A DNA stretch of 64,000 nucleotides from Octopus bimaculoides (GCF_001194135.2 NC_068982.1:40547203-40611202), one strand, 5' to 3'. Positions 39,910-53,193 are shown, numbered from the stretch's first letter. Numbers and translations are program-made. Notes: generated by a model from the letters alone, not told the origin.

Positions 39910-39938
39910 CAGACATACAGACAGACAGTCAGACAGTC

Positions 39939-40034
<96 letters not shown>

Positions 40035-40271
40035 TTCTTTNNNNNNNNNNNNNNTACGAAATTAACGCAAGTAACGCTTTGCTTAAAAAGAATAGAGACA
40101 GAGAGTTACTTACCGTTCGAAAGTTCGGTTGTTTTTTCCTTTGAATGTTCGTTAAGGAGGCTGCTGTAAAGTTTTTTGGCTAAATATTTTTGGCATCCCA
40201 CTACCGCATTGGGGTAGAGGGATTTTATAGTGTGGTGTAATGTTGGCGTGATATGGTAATTTTTTATATGA

Positions 40272-41905
40272 TTAGGTGGCGTCGTGTATGGGTGGTTGTT
40301 TGTTTTGATGTTGTTTTTTTGTTATGTTTGTTTTTGTATTTATGTAGTTCATTAATTCTGTGTTTGTAGTGTCTATTGCTGTGAGCATGTTTTCTGTATG
40401 TGTTCTTGTGGTGTTGATGTTGTTTGTGATATGTTTGGAGACGATGGTTTCGGGAGATGTATATCTCCCTGCTTTGTTGGTGTTTGCATTTGGTTTGGTT
40501 CTTTTTTTATTCCTTTTCCTCCGTCCTTTTCGGGCTATTTGCCACTCACTACTGCTATTTTCGTCCTCGGACGAGTCTTCTGAGGAATCGGAAGGGGGTA
40601 AGGGCATGTCGTGTGCTTGTGTGTTAGTTTGTTGAAGTGGGTGTGTTGTTGATGATTGTTGATTATCTGCTTGTGGTGTATGTGATGTGGGAGAAGAGGA
40701 ATTAGTTTTTGTATTGTCTTTTGCTTTTACAGTTTCCTTAGTACTTGTAGTTGTTGTTTGTGTTTTTTCGGGTACATTTGTTGGTGTAGGCGGGTTTGGT
40801 TTGTGGGATTCTTCTGTCTTGCTCCTTTTGCTCGCTCTTTGTGTTGGTGGTGGTGTGGGTAGTAGGGGTCCTTTTTTGGCTGTTTTTCCTTCTTGTTTTT
40901 TGTTTTCTGTTGCTGTTGGGCAATCTTTTTTTAGGTGCCCTTCGATGCCACACAGGTAGCATCTAGGCCTTCTACCTTCTACTACAGCGTAGAGGGTGTG
41001 GCCGTCTGGCAGCTCAATTTGAGTTGGAATTTCTTTTGATTCTTCCTGTGTAATCTGTAACAGGGCATCGAATTTTTTCCATTCCAGTCTTCCTGCTTTA
41101 ATGCAGTAGTTTCTAGAATGTTTATATTTCCTTCCATGTGATAGCAAATAGCTGATAACAGCCATTGTGGTTCCACTTCTGGAGGGACATTTTTTATCGA
41201 TACTATGGTTACCCTTTGTCCAAGGTACGTGGGCACCAATATTATATTTTCGGAACGAAGAGTCAGCGTGGATAACTTTTTCGCTTTCTCTTCGCTGTCA
41301 AATCTAACTTGCACNNNNNNNNNNNNNNNNNNNNNNNNNNNNNNNNNNNNNNNNNNNNNNNNNNNNNNNNNNNNNNNNNNNNNNNNNNNNNNNNNNNNNN
41401 NNNNNNNNNNNNNNNNNNNNNNNNNNNNNNNNNNNNNNNNNNNNNNNNNNNNNNNNNNNNNNNNNNNNNNNNNNNNNNNNNNNNNNNNNNNNNNNNNNNN
41501 NNNNNNNNNNNNNNNNNNNNNNNNNNNNNNNNNNNNNNNNNNNNNNNNNNNNNNNNNNNNNNNNNNNNNNNNNNNNNNNNNNNNNNNNNNNNNNNNNNNN
41601 NNNNNNNNNNNNNNNNNNNNNNNNNNNNNNNNNNNNNNNNNNNNNNNNNNNNNNNNNNNNNNNNNNNNNNNNNNNNNNNNNNNNNNNNNNNNNNNNNNNN
41701 NNNNNNNNNNNNNNNNNNNNNNNNNNNNNNNNNNNNNNNNNNNNNNNNNNNNNNNNNNGGACTGGAACAGCGTTCCAAAACAATGTTTCTCGACATTTTT
41801 CCAAATGCCGAGAAAAAATTTATATTTTGACGGGGATGGAAGTGCCCCTAGGGGCCAATTCCTCCCTTCGAAAAAATACACAAATGAAGCTTGGGTGCTT
41901 CGCAC
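40272..41905 (-). CDS. gag-like/ORF1 protein with an RRM-like region, a CCHC zinc knuckle and a low-complexity T/N/S tail; one frameshift; interrupted by an N gap
   Basis: VQVRFDSEEKAKK..VTIVSIKNVPPEV.., a frame change at the T6 run 41073-41078, then AVVEGRRPR-CYLCGIEGHLKKDC (40920-40961). This CX2CX4HX4C layout is typical of L1/Tx1-type ORF1. Confidence 0.75.
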
Positions 41906-41999
41906 AGATCATATGGAAATTTTTTAAACAAATGTGGGCAATATAAGGTCAAAAAAAGGTTTACCTCTGCAGCCGATGTGACAGCACGTCCGTCAGAAG

Positions 42000-42133
<134 letters not shown>

Positions 42134-42546
42134 AGCTTTCTCGCGCACACTAATACGTAAAACCCTCTTTAGAAAGAAAATGCAAACAGAAAACGGAGAA
42201 AAGCCGCTTGAGATGCTAGAAATAACTGTCATGGCCATACCTTCCGACATACCTACACACAAGTGTGCTTAGGTACAAAAGGTTTTTCAGAGATTGCATC
42301 AGTGTTATTTTTACTTGCTAGTATATTGTTATTTATATTAAAGTTTATACGATAAAAAAAAACACCAAAGATAAAAACAACAGCAATAATAACAACAACA
42401 ACAACAGCAATAATAATGATAATAGTGATAGTAACAAAAACTACAACAACAATAATAATATCAACAGAAATAGCTTATTAAAATACAAAATGTTTTAAAA
42501 ATTACATCAAAGCAAAATAAATCTCTCTACAATTACTTCAAAGTTT

Positions 42547-42608
<62 letters not shown>

Positions 42609-43379
42609 NNNNNNNNNNNNNNNNNNNNNNNNNNNNNNNNNNNNNNNNNNNNNNNNNNNNNNNNNNNNNNNNNNNNNNNNNNNNNNNNNNNNNNNNNNNN
42701 NNNNNNNNNNNNNNNNNNNNNNNNNNNNNNNNNNNNNNNNNNNNNNNNNNNNNNNNNNNNNNNNNNNNNNNNNNNNNNNNNNNNNNNNNNNNNNNNNNNN
42801 NNNNNNNNNNNNNNNNNNNNNNNNNNNNNNNNNNNNNNNNNNNNNNNNNNNNNNNNNNNNNNNNNNNNNNNNNNNNNNNNNNNNNNNNNNNNNNNNNNNN
42901 NNNNNNNNNNNNNNNNNNNNNNNNNNNNNNNNNNNNNNNNNNNNNNNNNNNNNNNNNNNNNNNNNNNNNNNNNNNNNNNNNNNNNNNNNNNNNNNNNNNN
43001 NNNNNNNNNNNNNNNNNNNNNNNNNNNNNNNNNNNNNNNNNNNNNNNNNNNNNNNNNNNNNNNNNNNNNNNNNNNNNNNNNNNNNNNNNNNNNNNNNNNN
43101 NNNNNNNNNNNNNNNNNNNNNNNNNNNNNNNNNNNNNNNNNNNNNNNNNNNNNNNNNNNNNNNNNNNNNNNNNNNNNNNNNNNNNNNNNNNNNNNNNNNN
43201 NNNNNNNNNNNNNNNNNNNNNNNNNNNNNNNNNNNNNNNNNNNNNNNNNNNNNNNNNNNNNNNNNNNNNNNNNNNNNNNNNNNNNNNNNNNNNNNNNNNN
43301 NNNNNNNNNNNNNNNNNNNNNNNNNNNNNNNNNNNNNNNNNNNNNNNNNNNNNNNNNNNNNNNNNNNNNNNNNNNNNNN

Positions 43380-43445
<66 letters not shown>

Positions 43446-43734
43446 TGTATATATGTATGTATATGTATATATCTTTCTCTTTCTCTCTCTTATTATTATC
43501 ACCCAACTGGTATTATTGCACCTAATCAATCTTCGTTTAATAGTTTAGCAGTTGGAGACCACTGATAGACCTGGTCGACTCTACGCATGATGACGCCTCT
43601 GGGACCACCAGCTTGGAATGACCCTAGCGCCATCAAGCAAGAGCGTGAAGCCAAGCCAGTCCCGCTTTTATTAGTTTCAGCTCAAGGGCTGTGGCCATGC
43701 TGGGGCACCCAACTAGTATTATAACACTTTCATT

Positions 43735-44240
43735 AATCCTCCTTTAACAGTCAGTATTTGATAAATGAGAGAGTTTGAGGTTGCTGCCCTCATTTTCGCT
43801 TCCTGCCGTGAAGTTGGCACATCTGGGACTATTGACAGAAGGAGATCCAGTTAAGTTTTGAAGACATCTACAGCCACACCACATTGGCCTCTCATCTCCT
43901 TCGGGAGAATATTGAAAAGCTGTGAGCTCTTGAATCCCAAGATATTGCAGTATTTAGTCCTGTATTTTGACGGCAGGTGTGGAGTTTTAGGGACTATGTA
44001 ACGGCGCCCTTTTCTAGCGTTTGTATAACTTTCAGCGCCAAAGTCTGTGACAAGTCCTTCGAGAATCTTCCAGACAGTAAAGTCTTAACCTCTTGAGTTT
44101 TTCTCAGTAGCTAATTTCCTGTATTGAGGCTATCTCCGTCGTGTAGTTTTGCTATTTGCTTTGAGTTTCGTTATGAATTTCACACTACCTGGTGACCATA
44201 GTTGGGAGTAATAGTCAGGCGGCTTAAGACAAATGTCCTC
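43735..44240 (-). mobile_element. LINE ORF2 C-terminal remnant (CR1/L2-type)
   Basis: Translation DYYSQLWSP..VWKILEGLVTDFG..QLFNILPKEMR..VDVFKT*LDLLLSIVPD..AATSNSL, with in-frame stops. Confidence 0.8.
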
Positions 44241-44579
44241 CAAACAAAGGCTCATCATAATCTCCTCACTCTCTGACATATATAACAATATATAATGTGC
44301 ATGTATATATCACTATGTGTGTAGGTGTGTGCGTGAGAGAGAGAGAGTGTGTGTGTGAGTGTCTGTATGTATATATACTGTACTGTGTGTGCGTCGCAGA
44401 ATCATCACGATACCCCAGAAGGCTTATGTTTTTTTCTTTATATCGATATAGTCAAGAATCAATCTTTTCGTTCATTTATTTTGAATCAAACTTAAAAATA
44501 CCACCAACTGATTCCTAAAAAGCTGCAAGCCATTTGTATATTGTAATTATACAGATAGGTAGGTAGATAGCTAGCTAGC

Positions 44580-44643
<64 letters not shown>

Positions 44644-44784
44644 CATATAAACATATATACATAGATATGTACACAATGTATTCATATATATATATATATA
44701 CACACACATACACACACAGACACGCAGATATATATGTGTGTGAGTATGTATGTATATATATAAGTGGGGGTGCGCGCGCGTGCG

Positions 44785-44819
<35 letters not shown>

Positions 44820-45399
44820 CATAGGAAACTACATTCTTTCGTGTAATGAATACTACCTTCAAAAAGTTGCCATTAATGCAAGCCTGGCACAAAAAAATCT
44901 TATCTTCAAGAAGCCCTTCCTGCACCACCACCACCTCTTTAGGAGAATATCGTAGCACTAATCAAGCAGCAATGAACTTGAACTGATAACAACACGTGGC
45001 CTACTGATACATATGCCTTGGCAAAACAGGAAACTAAGGTCAGTTATCGCAACTCACGGAACTATCAAAAGCAATTTAAGTAGACTTTTTAATTCAATTA
45101 AGACTTATACAAAGTACAAGGGAAGGCTTCTCGGTTATATACTTTGAATAGTATGAAGAACTAATGGGGTGTAAAATAGCCCTACAACTCACAATTCAGC
45201 GCGGAGCAGTTACACCGGCAAGCTGCCTTTGTTGAGAAAGAATGAATATGTTGCTCTATCTAACAAGCTCACACACCAAAAATGCGCAGCAAATAAAAGT
45301 ATCAAAGACCAGTAGATTTTGTTGCTAAGAAAAATGCTGAAGTCATGAACTATGACTAAAATGGAAATCATAATAATAACACTGATGTAAAGTTGCACC

Positions 45400-46680
45400 T
45401 CTTATTTGGACATTTGATAGTCATCTACGAACATATAGAAGTGAGTAATTCCAAACTGCACTCTTTATTTACATCAAGTAGCCGCTAAATAACGATTACA
45501 GTACGAATCGATAGAACTATATTCTTGATGTTATTTGTGATCTAACAAGCTGTAATGAATTCTTAACATACATTGAGGCTTATAGCTTTATGACTGAATA
45601 TTTTACTATAATGTGTTGCTATTGCCATTCCCAAATGCTGGGGATAAAAGCGATTGGGCGAATTGAGAACACAACCAAAATGGATTAGCTCCCTTTAAAA
45701 GATCGTCGAACGGTTATAGGAAACCAGACAACTAGATCTTGGATGCAAAGTGACTAATATGAACTGCGACTCTATAATAGACAATCTAATCTTTATATCA
45801 ACTGCTAACAAGACTCACAAGTAAGCTAATATCCCTTAAACATAAATTACTAGCGTTCTTATTGTAAGAAATTGCCAGAACGTAAGTGTATCAACTATAA
45901 ATTTCTATTAAGCCCATAAACTGTATATCGCTGCATGAGAGGTCACACTATGAAGACAGTAAGAGCTCCTTCTCCAAAAAGATCTAGATCCATTACATGG
46001 GGTGGTGGGGTATCCAATGAAATTCTCCTGAGAGTTGTAAAACCACCGAATGAAAAGTCATCTGGAAAAAACCTGGTAGTTGGTTATTGATTCGGGAGTC
46101 TCATGAGAACCTTCGTCAACTTATTCAAAAGAATTCGATATGGCAAAGTTGTTAACATTTGGACGAATAAAATTTGTATTTAAGAACAAAGAGACACGTG
46201 TGGTCAGCAACCTTAAACATTTTTTGTAACCTATACACATTTTTCGGGATTGTGTGTCTTCAAAATCAAGACGTCGCAAATAATGCTGTTACTGATGAGG
46301 AGGCAGGAGAAAAGAAGGGTTTGAGGTTATACTGAACAACAAGCTATCCTTTAGGAGACGAAGCTATATAGCTGAAGCCTACTGGCTATATGGTTGTAGG
46401 AAGGCTCTCGTTTTAGTCTGTCATTCATGAATACCAGAACCAAGTTTACACATGTCATTAAGAAATACAAGACTGTCAACATCATGGTCTACACAGTGAT
46501 CACTAAGAACTGAATCAACTATAATATTCCCAAAAGAATTACATCAATTATTGGTTCACTTGGCTATGTTAGTAAAAATCTTAGTGGTTATCTCGAAGAA
46601 GTGGAATTTTAAGGAAAAGTTATTGACCAGTGCGTAGATGGAAGAATATGCAAGACATTTTCTTTGGTATAACATGTAAT
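45400..46680 (+). mobile_element. Highly decayed RLE-type LINE (R4/Dong-like) remnant
   Basis: The C-terminal-like piece NIPKRITSIIGSLGYVSKNLSGYLEEVEF*..ICKTF lies near 46520-46670. Weaker RT-like pieces lie upstream (HLLF..IY, SD*YELRLY). Confidence 0.4.
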
Positions 46681-47169
46681 TTTTTACTCGTTGTTGTTAT
46701 TTAAATCCCATCGTATGGAGTTTTGCTTCTTTGTTAAAGGTCATCTCCCTCAGACGAAAAAAAAATCAAATAATATAAAAAGCAAAGATAACATACATAT
46801 AAACATATATACATGCATGCATACATACATAATACATAATAGACACATACAGACAGACAAACAATTAAAACTACTACTATAGTCACAGAAAGAATTTGGT
46901 TATCGGCGGGAATGTTCCACGGTCACAGCTTATCTGTAATACTGTTTGTCGTGGCACTGACTATCTTGTAATCCTTGAGGAAGCGCTAAGGCCACGTATT
47001 AGGATTGGTAGAGAGAGAAAATTTCATGTCATATACCCACTGTTTGTCGTTGACTTAGCTGCATTCAGTTATATTCACGATACCGAGAGACAGAGTCCAC
47101 AACGACAAAACCACTTTACACTTGGATGGAGTTTGGCTAAGATAACTCTTCATATTTAATAGTGACTCG

Positions 47170-47720
47170 AAGAAAATGTTGACCAGTTAATAAATATGGA
47201 TACCAATAGCAGCCTGTCAAAACTCCTATATCTTCAATGAACAATGCGATAAGTATCTTGGAATTGATAAGAATATTGCACATGCTAGCGCTGAGAGCAA
47301 ACTATAGTCGCAAAGAAACACTTCAAACTTTGGAAACTGTAAAAGTCAGAGCTATCTGCACATCCCTCACGTTTTTGTAGTGATAGTGCGAGAACCAATA
47401 TTTGTGATAATAGAAGTGACACTTCAAGGGGATCTGTAACTTCGACATCATAACTCTGAAGATACTTATCAGTGTTATCAGCAATAACACTGACAGGATC
47501 TCTGTCAGGCGGAAAGACAGAGATATAAAGCCAGTTCAGACGGTATTAGAATACTGTATCGTATCATTTAAACAACAGCTACTGAATAGTAAAAAGAGAA
47601 ATTATTTCATGATATATACTCACTAGTAAAAATAATAGCACCTGGAGAGTAGCTAAACGATTCATGAATAGGTATTCTGACTGTAAACATTTCTCTGCGA
47701 CCCAAGAATTGCTGGCCTAG
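47170..47720 (+). mobile_element. R4/Dong-like reverse transcriptase remnant
   Basis: KYLGIDKNIAH and DIITLKIL..NNTDRISVRRKD-RDIKPVQTVLEYCIVSFKQQLL resemble the YKYLG..DxxTRKIL..SDxDRLYxxRKxGGRG region. Confidence 0.6.
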
Positions 47721-47819
47721 CGTAAACACAAGTTATGAGAAGAAATACTCATTATAACAACAGAAGGTTATGCATGAACACAATAAATCTAGCATTTCAG
47801 AGAAGATTAACAATGGTTT

Positions 47820-48030
47820 CAAATGTTGGTACAGAGCCAGTAATTTAAGGGGAGGGGAATAAGTCGATTGTATCTACCCCAGTGCTCAACTGATACTTAT
47901 TTTGTCGCCCATGATAGGAATGAAAGGCAAAGTTGATCTCATTAGAGTTTGAACTCAGAAAGTTAAGACGGGCGAAATGCTGCTTAGCATTTTGCCCGGT
48001 GAGCTAACGACTCTGCCCGCTCGCCGCCTA
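47820..48030 (-). mobile_element. SINE family A
   Basis: GAATGAAAGGCAAAG..TTTGAACTCAGAA..CTCGCCGCC. Confidence 0.8.
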
Positions 48031-48107
48031 ATAGAAGATTAACAATATTGATAGGAAGAGTAGCCTCTCTTGGACATGTTATAAATATGTCACATTCCGC
48101 CTTCACC

Positions 48108-48400
48108 ATTCAGAAACAGAAGAAAACTTGTAGATACTTGATCAATAATAAAAGATAACGATGCCTCCAAACCTACATGTTGTAAGTGAAAATGTCGATT
48201 GTGTGCCTTAGCTGTTTGGAAGATATCTCCTACGTTATCATGTATTGCTCAAAACTGCTCGCCATTCAGAAACAAAGGATAGCTTGTAGATACCTGATCA
48301 ATACGAAAAGATAACAATATCTGTAAAAACCAGCAAACTGTACCTGAAAGTGTCATTTATGCCTTACTAGTTTATACGATATCTCCTACATTATCACTTG
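48108..48400 (+). repeat. Diverged ~155 bp tandem duplication
   Basis: CATTCAGAAACA..CTTGTAGATAC.TGATCAATA..AAAAGATAAC..GATATCTCCTAC.TTATCA occurs twice. Confidence 0.75.
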
Positions 48401-49507
48401 CTAACCAAAAAAAATGTTCACAAGGCACTAACTACCTCCTACAAGACATGATACTGTTGTCAAAAATATTTACATTGCAATCGCTGCGAAAATTGTTCCG
48501 ATAATCTTTAAAAAAAATAGATACACCGGAGCTAGAATACATGGACATCTTTAAAAAGCAAAATGGAATAGTTGTGGAGCATCTCAATAAAATTTCTTAA
48601 TTCGGTTCAAACGCAACAAATGTTTCATTGCTTTATGAGACAAGAGGCAAAAGCCATTCAGTTTCGTAGAGAACAGCAGCTCAGAGGATGTGAATGTCTC
48701 ATGTAAAACACCTTGGTCAGCTACTGCAGAAATTTACAGCTCATGTATCCAGACTATCATTTGACTATGATATCATAGGTGCCGGCAAGCCTATGTGATT
48801 AAAAATCTCACATTGCAACACTTATTCACTCCTTACCACCTCATCTCTTCTTATCCACACCTCCCCCACTTCTCTCCCATCGTCCCCTCACATTACCTTG
48901 ACCACCAACTAGCACTCCTTTTCTCACTTCTTTCACGCTTTTTTCACTTTTCTTTTCACTTCTTCCACTCTTCTTCTTTTTCACTCTCTGTTTTTTTATT
49001 TTTTCTTATTTTCTCTCTTTCTTCCTCTCATTTTCTCTTCCTGTCTTCATTTTGACCTATCTCATTCTAATCATGCACATATCTCCCCACCCCATCTATC
49101 CACAAATACTACTAATACCTTCCCAAAATTTTCATTCACACCACAAAACCCCTTCGAATGAGCAACACAGATTCCACGGCTCCATACTTTGAAATGACAA
49201 AACATGAACTACTACTGGAACATACATACCATGTACAGGAAACTTTTTTACCACTTCTATACACCACTTTACTCGAATAATGGAACTGCAACTACAATAT
49301 TTTATATTTTATTTCTACCTTCATTCTCTAATTTCCCGGTTTTCCCTATCTCCTCCTTATATGCATACTAATAACCAGACCCACATTGGACTCCTCATTC
49401 TTATCACTATCGAACCAAGAATTTAACTACGGTCTGTCCATAGCATTTACTTAATGTTACCTGCCACTCTTTGGGTCTTCTAGATACCAATACATCTCAT
49501 ACATACG

Positions 49508-49580
<73 letters not shown>

Positions 49581-49911
49581 ATACACACACACACCTACAT
49601 AAAAATTAATTACAACCACATGTATACTAAAAAGATATGCGTATACGTTACACGGAGATGCAAGTCTTTTCTGCGTATGTAAACACAGTGACTCTCTCAG
49701 ATATTTACAAATCCCTGAAATGTTAAGGTTTCAACAAAAACGCCTTGTCATATTGTCAGTGACCGGCTGGAATTCTGCGAAGAAGAAATTAAGTAAATCC
49801 TCAAAGAAAAACATACAAACATAATGCATACACTCAAACGTACATGTATAAACACATAGTCACACATACATACATGCATACATACATACGTACATGCATG
49901 CCTACACACAC

Positions 49912-49966
<55 letters not shown>

Positions 49967-50149
49967 TCATACATACATGTATACATTAATACATACGCTT
50001 ATACAACCATGGATATATACACACGTCTATACACACATGCATACATACTTGCATACATGCATACATATATAATACATATATACATTTATGCACACATCCA
50101 TACATACATACATACATATGCAATTAAGATTAGCACAGCCCCACAGTGA

Positions 50150-50300
50150 GTGTCAAATGTTATCACTAAGACAGCATCTGGTAAACGACAGCAAAAATAA
50201 ATACACCAACAAAGTGCACAAAATTGAAGTGAACAATCTGACAGTGAGAGCTAGTGAACTCTTCAAGAACCTCTCATGCAAGCCCCAAAACTGTTGAGCT
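50150..50300 (+). mobile_element. Possible CR1/L2-type LINE 3' remnant
   Basis: NNLTVRASELFKNLS resembles the NSLxxxGPxLFNxLP motif. Confidence 0.3.
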
Positions 50301-50407
50301 AGAGTACCTCAGCAAAACACTGAAAGAGAAACACAGCACACCACAAAATGTTTTTCATGCGAAAGTTTTCCGTAAACTAGAAATATATTTATATTTTATT
50401 CTAATAA

Positions 50408-51336
50408 GGCAGCAAGTCGGTGAGCTGGCAGAAACGTTAGCACGCCGGGCGAAATCTGTCTGCATTTTGAGTTCAAATTCCGCCGAGGTCGACTTTGCTT
50501 TTCATCCTTTTGGGTTCAATAAATTAAGTACCAGTTCCATACTGGGGTCGATCTAATCAACTGGCCGCCTCCCCAAAGATTTCGGGCCTTGTGCCTACAG
50601 TAGAAAAGATTCTAATAAGGCAGCGAGCTGGCAGAATCGAGCTGGGATCGAAATTATTGGTCTTGTGCCAAAATTTAAAATCAATATTTAATTCTACATC
50701 AGCCGGTGAACTGGCAGAATCTTTAGCACACAGGGCAAAATGCTTAGCGGCATTTCGTCTCTCTTTACGTTGTGAGTTCAAATTCTGCTGATGTCGACTT
50801 TCCCTTTCATCCTTTTGGGCTCGATAAGTATCAGTTGAGCTCTGGATGCGATATAATCGACTAACCCTTCTCGCCGAAATCGCTGGCTTTGTGCTAAAAC
50901 TTGAAACCAGTATTTCTTTCCACTATAGGTACAATGATTGAAATTTTGAGAGAGGGCCTAGTCGACTACATTAACCCCTAGCGCTCAACTGGTATTTATT
51001 TCGTCGACCTCAGTGGAATTTGAACTCAGAACGTAAAGACGGATGAAATGCCGTTAAACATTTTTGCCTGGCGTTCTAACAATTCTGCCAGTTCGCTGCT
51101 TTATAGGAATTATATTTTACAGTGGTTTAAAATTTTGGCAGAAGGCCAGCAATTTCGGGGGAGGCGGTTAGTCGATTACGTCGGATCCAGTACTCAACTA
51201 GTATTTATTTTATCGACCTCGACAGAATGAAAGGCAAAGTCAACCTCAGCGGAATTTGAACTCAGAACGTAACAGCAGACGAAATGTCTCTAAGCATTCT
51301 GTCCAGCGTGCTAACGATTCTGCCAGCTCGCCGCCT
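50408..51336. mobile_element. Cluster of five SINE family A copies: three (+) followed by two (-)
   Basis: Plus copies near 50408, 50615 (internally deleted) and 50703. Minus copies near 50920-51095 and 51120-51336. Confidence 0.8.
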
Positions 51337-51728
51337 GAATGATATTTTATATTAACATGAAGTTTAACTACTCCATGACTCGTGATCGGTGCATCACGTC
51401 ACATTTCGAAGGTTATGGTTTTGCAATCCAAAAGCATGAGATGTTAAACGAAATATCAAATGAACAAACGAGAGAGTGAAGCCCTTAAACTCCTAAGATT
51501 CCACCGTAAATGTCGATTGTCTCACATTTCTGAAAAAGATATTACACAAAAATGTCATCAAGGTACAATATTCTATTACGATATAATGTTGTTGTTAAAA
51601 CCAGTACACAACACCATCAACCGAAAAGATTGCCTATGGTTAAATAAAGAGGCTACCTCATATATTGAATACATATATGTCAACACAAGGAATATTAGTG
51701 GAACATTTCCATCAGAATTTCCGACATA

Positions 51729-52160
51729 GGCGCAGAAGTGGCCATGTGGTAAGTAGCTTGCTTACCAACAACATGGTTCTGGGTTCAGTCCCACTGCGTG
51801 GCACCTTGAACAAGTGTCTTCTACTATAGCCTCGGGCCGACCAAAGCCTTGTGGGTGGATTTGGTGAGTGGATTTGTGAGTGGACGGAAACTGAAAGAAG
51901 CCCGTCGTATATATGTATATGTATATATATATGTGTGTATATTTGTGTGTCTGTGTTTGTACCCCCAACATCGCTTGACAACTGATGCTGGTGTGTTTAC
52001 GTCCCCGTAACTTAGCGGTTCGGCAAAAGAGACCAATAGAGTAAGTATTAGGCGCTTACAAAGAATAAGTCCTGGGAGTCGATTTCCTCGACAAAAGGCG
52101 GTGCTCCAGTATGGCCGCAGTCAAATGACTGAAACAAGTAAAAAAGTAAAGAGTAAAGAG
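51729..52160 (+). mobile_element. SINE family B, best-preserved copy
   Basis: tRNA-like head GGCGCAGAAGTGGCCATGTGGTAAG..GGGTTCAGTCCC, CORE-like CCTTGAACAAGTGTCTT, internal (TA/TG)n and an AAAGAGT-repeat tail. Confidence 0.9.
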
Positions 52161-52576
52161 AGTATGTGCAAGTATAGACACGGTTGGTATAGCTGCTTGA
52201 AACACAAAGATTCTGTAATGTCATAGAAAGCATTTCTCTGCAGATTTTAACTTTTCTTTAAGGGCAAAAGAATGTTTCTCAGACGTGTGCTTGAAAACTT
52301 ACTGCTTCTCTACCAAGAATATAAATTAAATATTGTTCATGTAATTTTTTGGTGTATTTGGTTATGTTAATAAATGTTTGAGTAGTTAACTTGAAAAGCT
52401 AAGAATTTTAGGGAAATTTGCAAAACAGGATAGGATAATTTTGCATGAGTTGATTTTACATTTATCCCAGTAATTACTGAGTTATTAGTCTGGGCTTATA
52501 GTTATTACTGAGGTTATTAGTTACAGAATCAAGCGTGATGGTTAAGTAACTAATAACTGGTTGTGTAACTAATGGT

Positions 52577-53010
52577 CTCAGAACCAGTTTTAAGAAGCTG
52601 ACTTTCAAAGGAAAAAAAAACAGACAACATGGCGTGATCTAATGGTTATGATGTTGTACTGACGATCATAAGATAGTGGTTTCGGTTCCTGTACTAGACG
52701 ATGCGTTGTGTGCTTGAGCGAAAATGCTTAGTTTCACATTTTTCCAGTTCACTCAGACTTATACCAGTAATTATTGGAGCGCTTAGTTGTGCAATAACCT
52801 CAGAACCAGTTTTGAGAAGCTGACTTTCAAAGGAAAAAACAACAGGCAAGACGCGGTTAATTAAATGAAGGAGCGTGGCCTAATAGTTAAGATGTTGTAC
52901 TCAAGTCGTAGATCGTGGTTTCGATTCTTGGACTAGACGGGTCATTGTGTTCTTGCGCAAAAAAAAAACTTCGCCTCACGTTTCTCCAGTTCACTCAACT
53001 GCAAATGAGT
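52577..53010 (+). repeat. ~220 bp tandem duplication; each unit has a 45 bp leader plus a decayed SINE D head
   Basis: CTCAGAACCAGTTTT.AGAAGCTGACTTTCAAAGGAAAAAA near 52577 and 52799. Confidence 0.75.
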
Positions 53011-53120
53011 TCTAACGTTAGTTGGGAAGTTAACCTTGCGAATTATAATTTCTCTAAATATTTTTAATAAACGACCTAGCATATGCATACTTTACGTTTA
53101 CACATACATTCGTTTATATG

Positions 53121-53193
<73 letters not shown>

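Noticed and set aside
51460-51729. 89 aa ORF between SINEs
   Set aside because: It has no recognisable motif or convincing splice sites.
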